Positions 34,785 to 34,820 of a stretch of DNA of 34,820 nucleotides are shown here, in pieces. The notes under the pieces were generated by a model. The model was not told where the DNA came from, searched no databases, and saw nothing but the letters and a program-made list of their open reading frames with translations. The position numbers and the translations under genes were made by a program. How positions within the stretch are numbered: position 1 is the first letter of the stretch; every line of letters starts with the position of its first letter. Source of the DNA: an uncultured bacterium (GTDB taxonomy: Bacteria > Macinerneyibacteriota > Macinerneyibacteria > Macinerneyibacteriales > DSCS01); the NCBI GenBank assembly GCA_964548195.1, contig CAZJQC010000014.1, positions 1 through 34,820 of the forward strand, in the 5' to 3' direction.

Positions 34785-34820
34785 ATGCCCTTTCCCACCC
34801 GAAACCGTCCTTAAAACCCC

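Noticed and set aside
1..34820. CRISPR arrays, tRNA/rRNA genes, IS elements, prophage or defence genes
   Set aside because: No spaced repeats, transposase, integrase or nuclease motifs were seen and intergenic gaps are short; dgt sits in a housekeeping context rather than a defence island.

Overview
A gene-dense core-chromosome window, about 50% GC by eye. It probably comes from an anaerobic diderm bacterium (TonB-ExbBD, a PorV-like/OmpA protein and an [FeFe]-hydrogenase-like protein are present); the lineage cannot be fixed from sequence alone. From left to right: a partial exported-protein gene; an Lsa/CplR-like ABC-F gene divergent from a VanY-like D,D-carboxypeptidase gene; a minus-strand run, listed in transcription order (aminotransferase, TPR, BON-like, nadE, nfeD, SPFH); exbB-exbD-exbD-tonB; a minus-strand envelope run (pseudo-PP2C/PQQ-propeller membrane protein, lytic transglycosylase, two M23 peptidases, secA, pgeF, bioY); a plus-strand pair (membrane TPR/Zn-finger protein, then a DUF4388 protein with a tandem MshEN-like motif and a GspG-like tail); a 14-gene minus-strand run (dgt, ribD, ribE, ribBA, ribH, nusB, metallophosphoesterase, PorV-Ig-OmpA, two DRTGG, PHP, HATPase, RsbT-like kinase, group-D-like [FeFe] hydrogenase); and gdhA. 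I saw no RNA genes, CRISPR arrays or mobile elements. The best candidates for undescribed biology are the MshEN/GspG-tail protein with its TPR-Zn-finger partner, the divergent pseudophosphatase-propeller and cell-wall hydrolase operon, the stand-alone hydrogenase phospho-signalling module, and a four-Cys insert in SecA. All family calls come from recognising motifs by eye; no database search was run.
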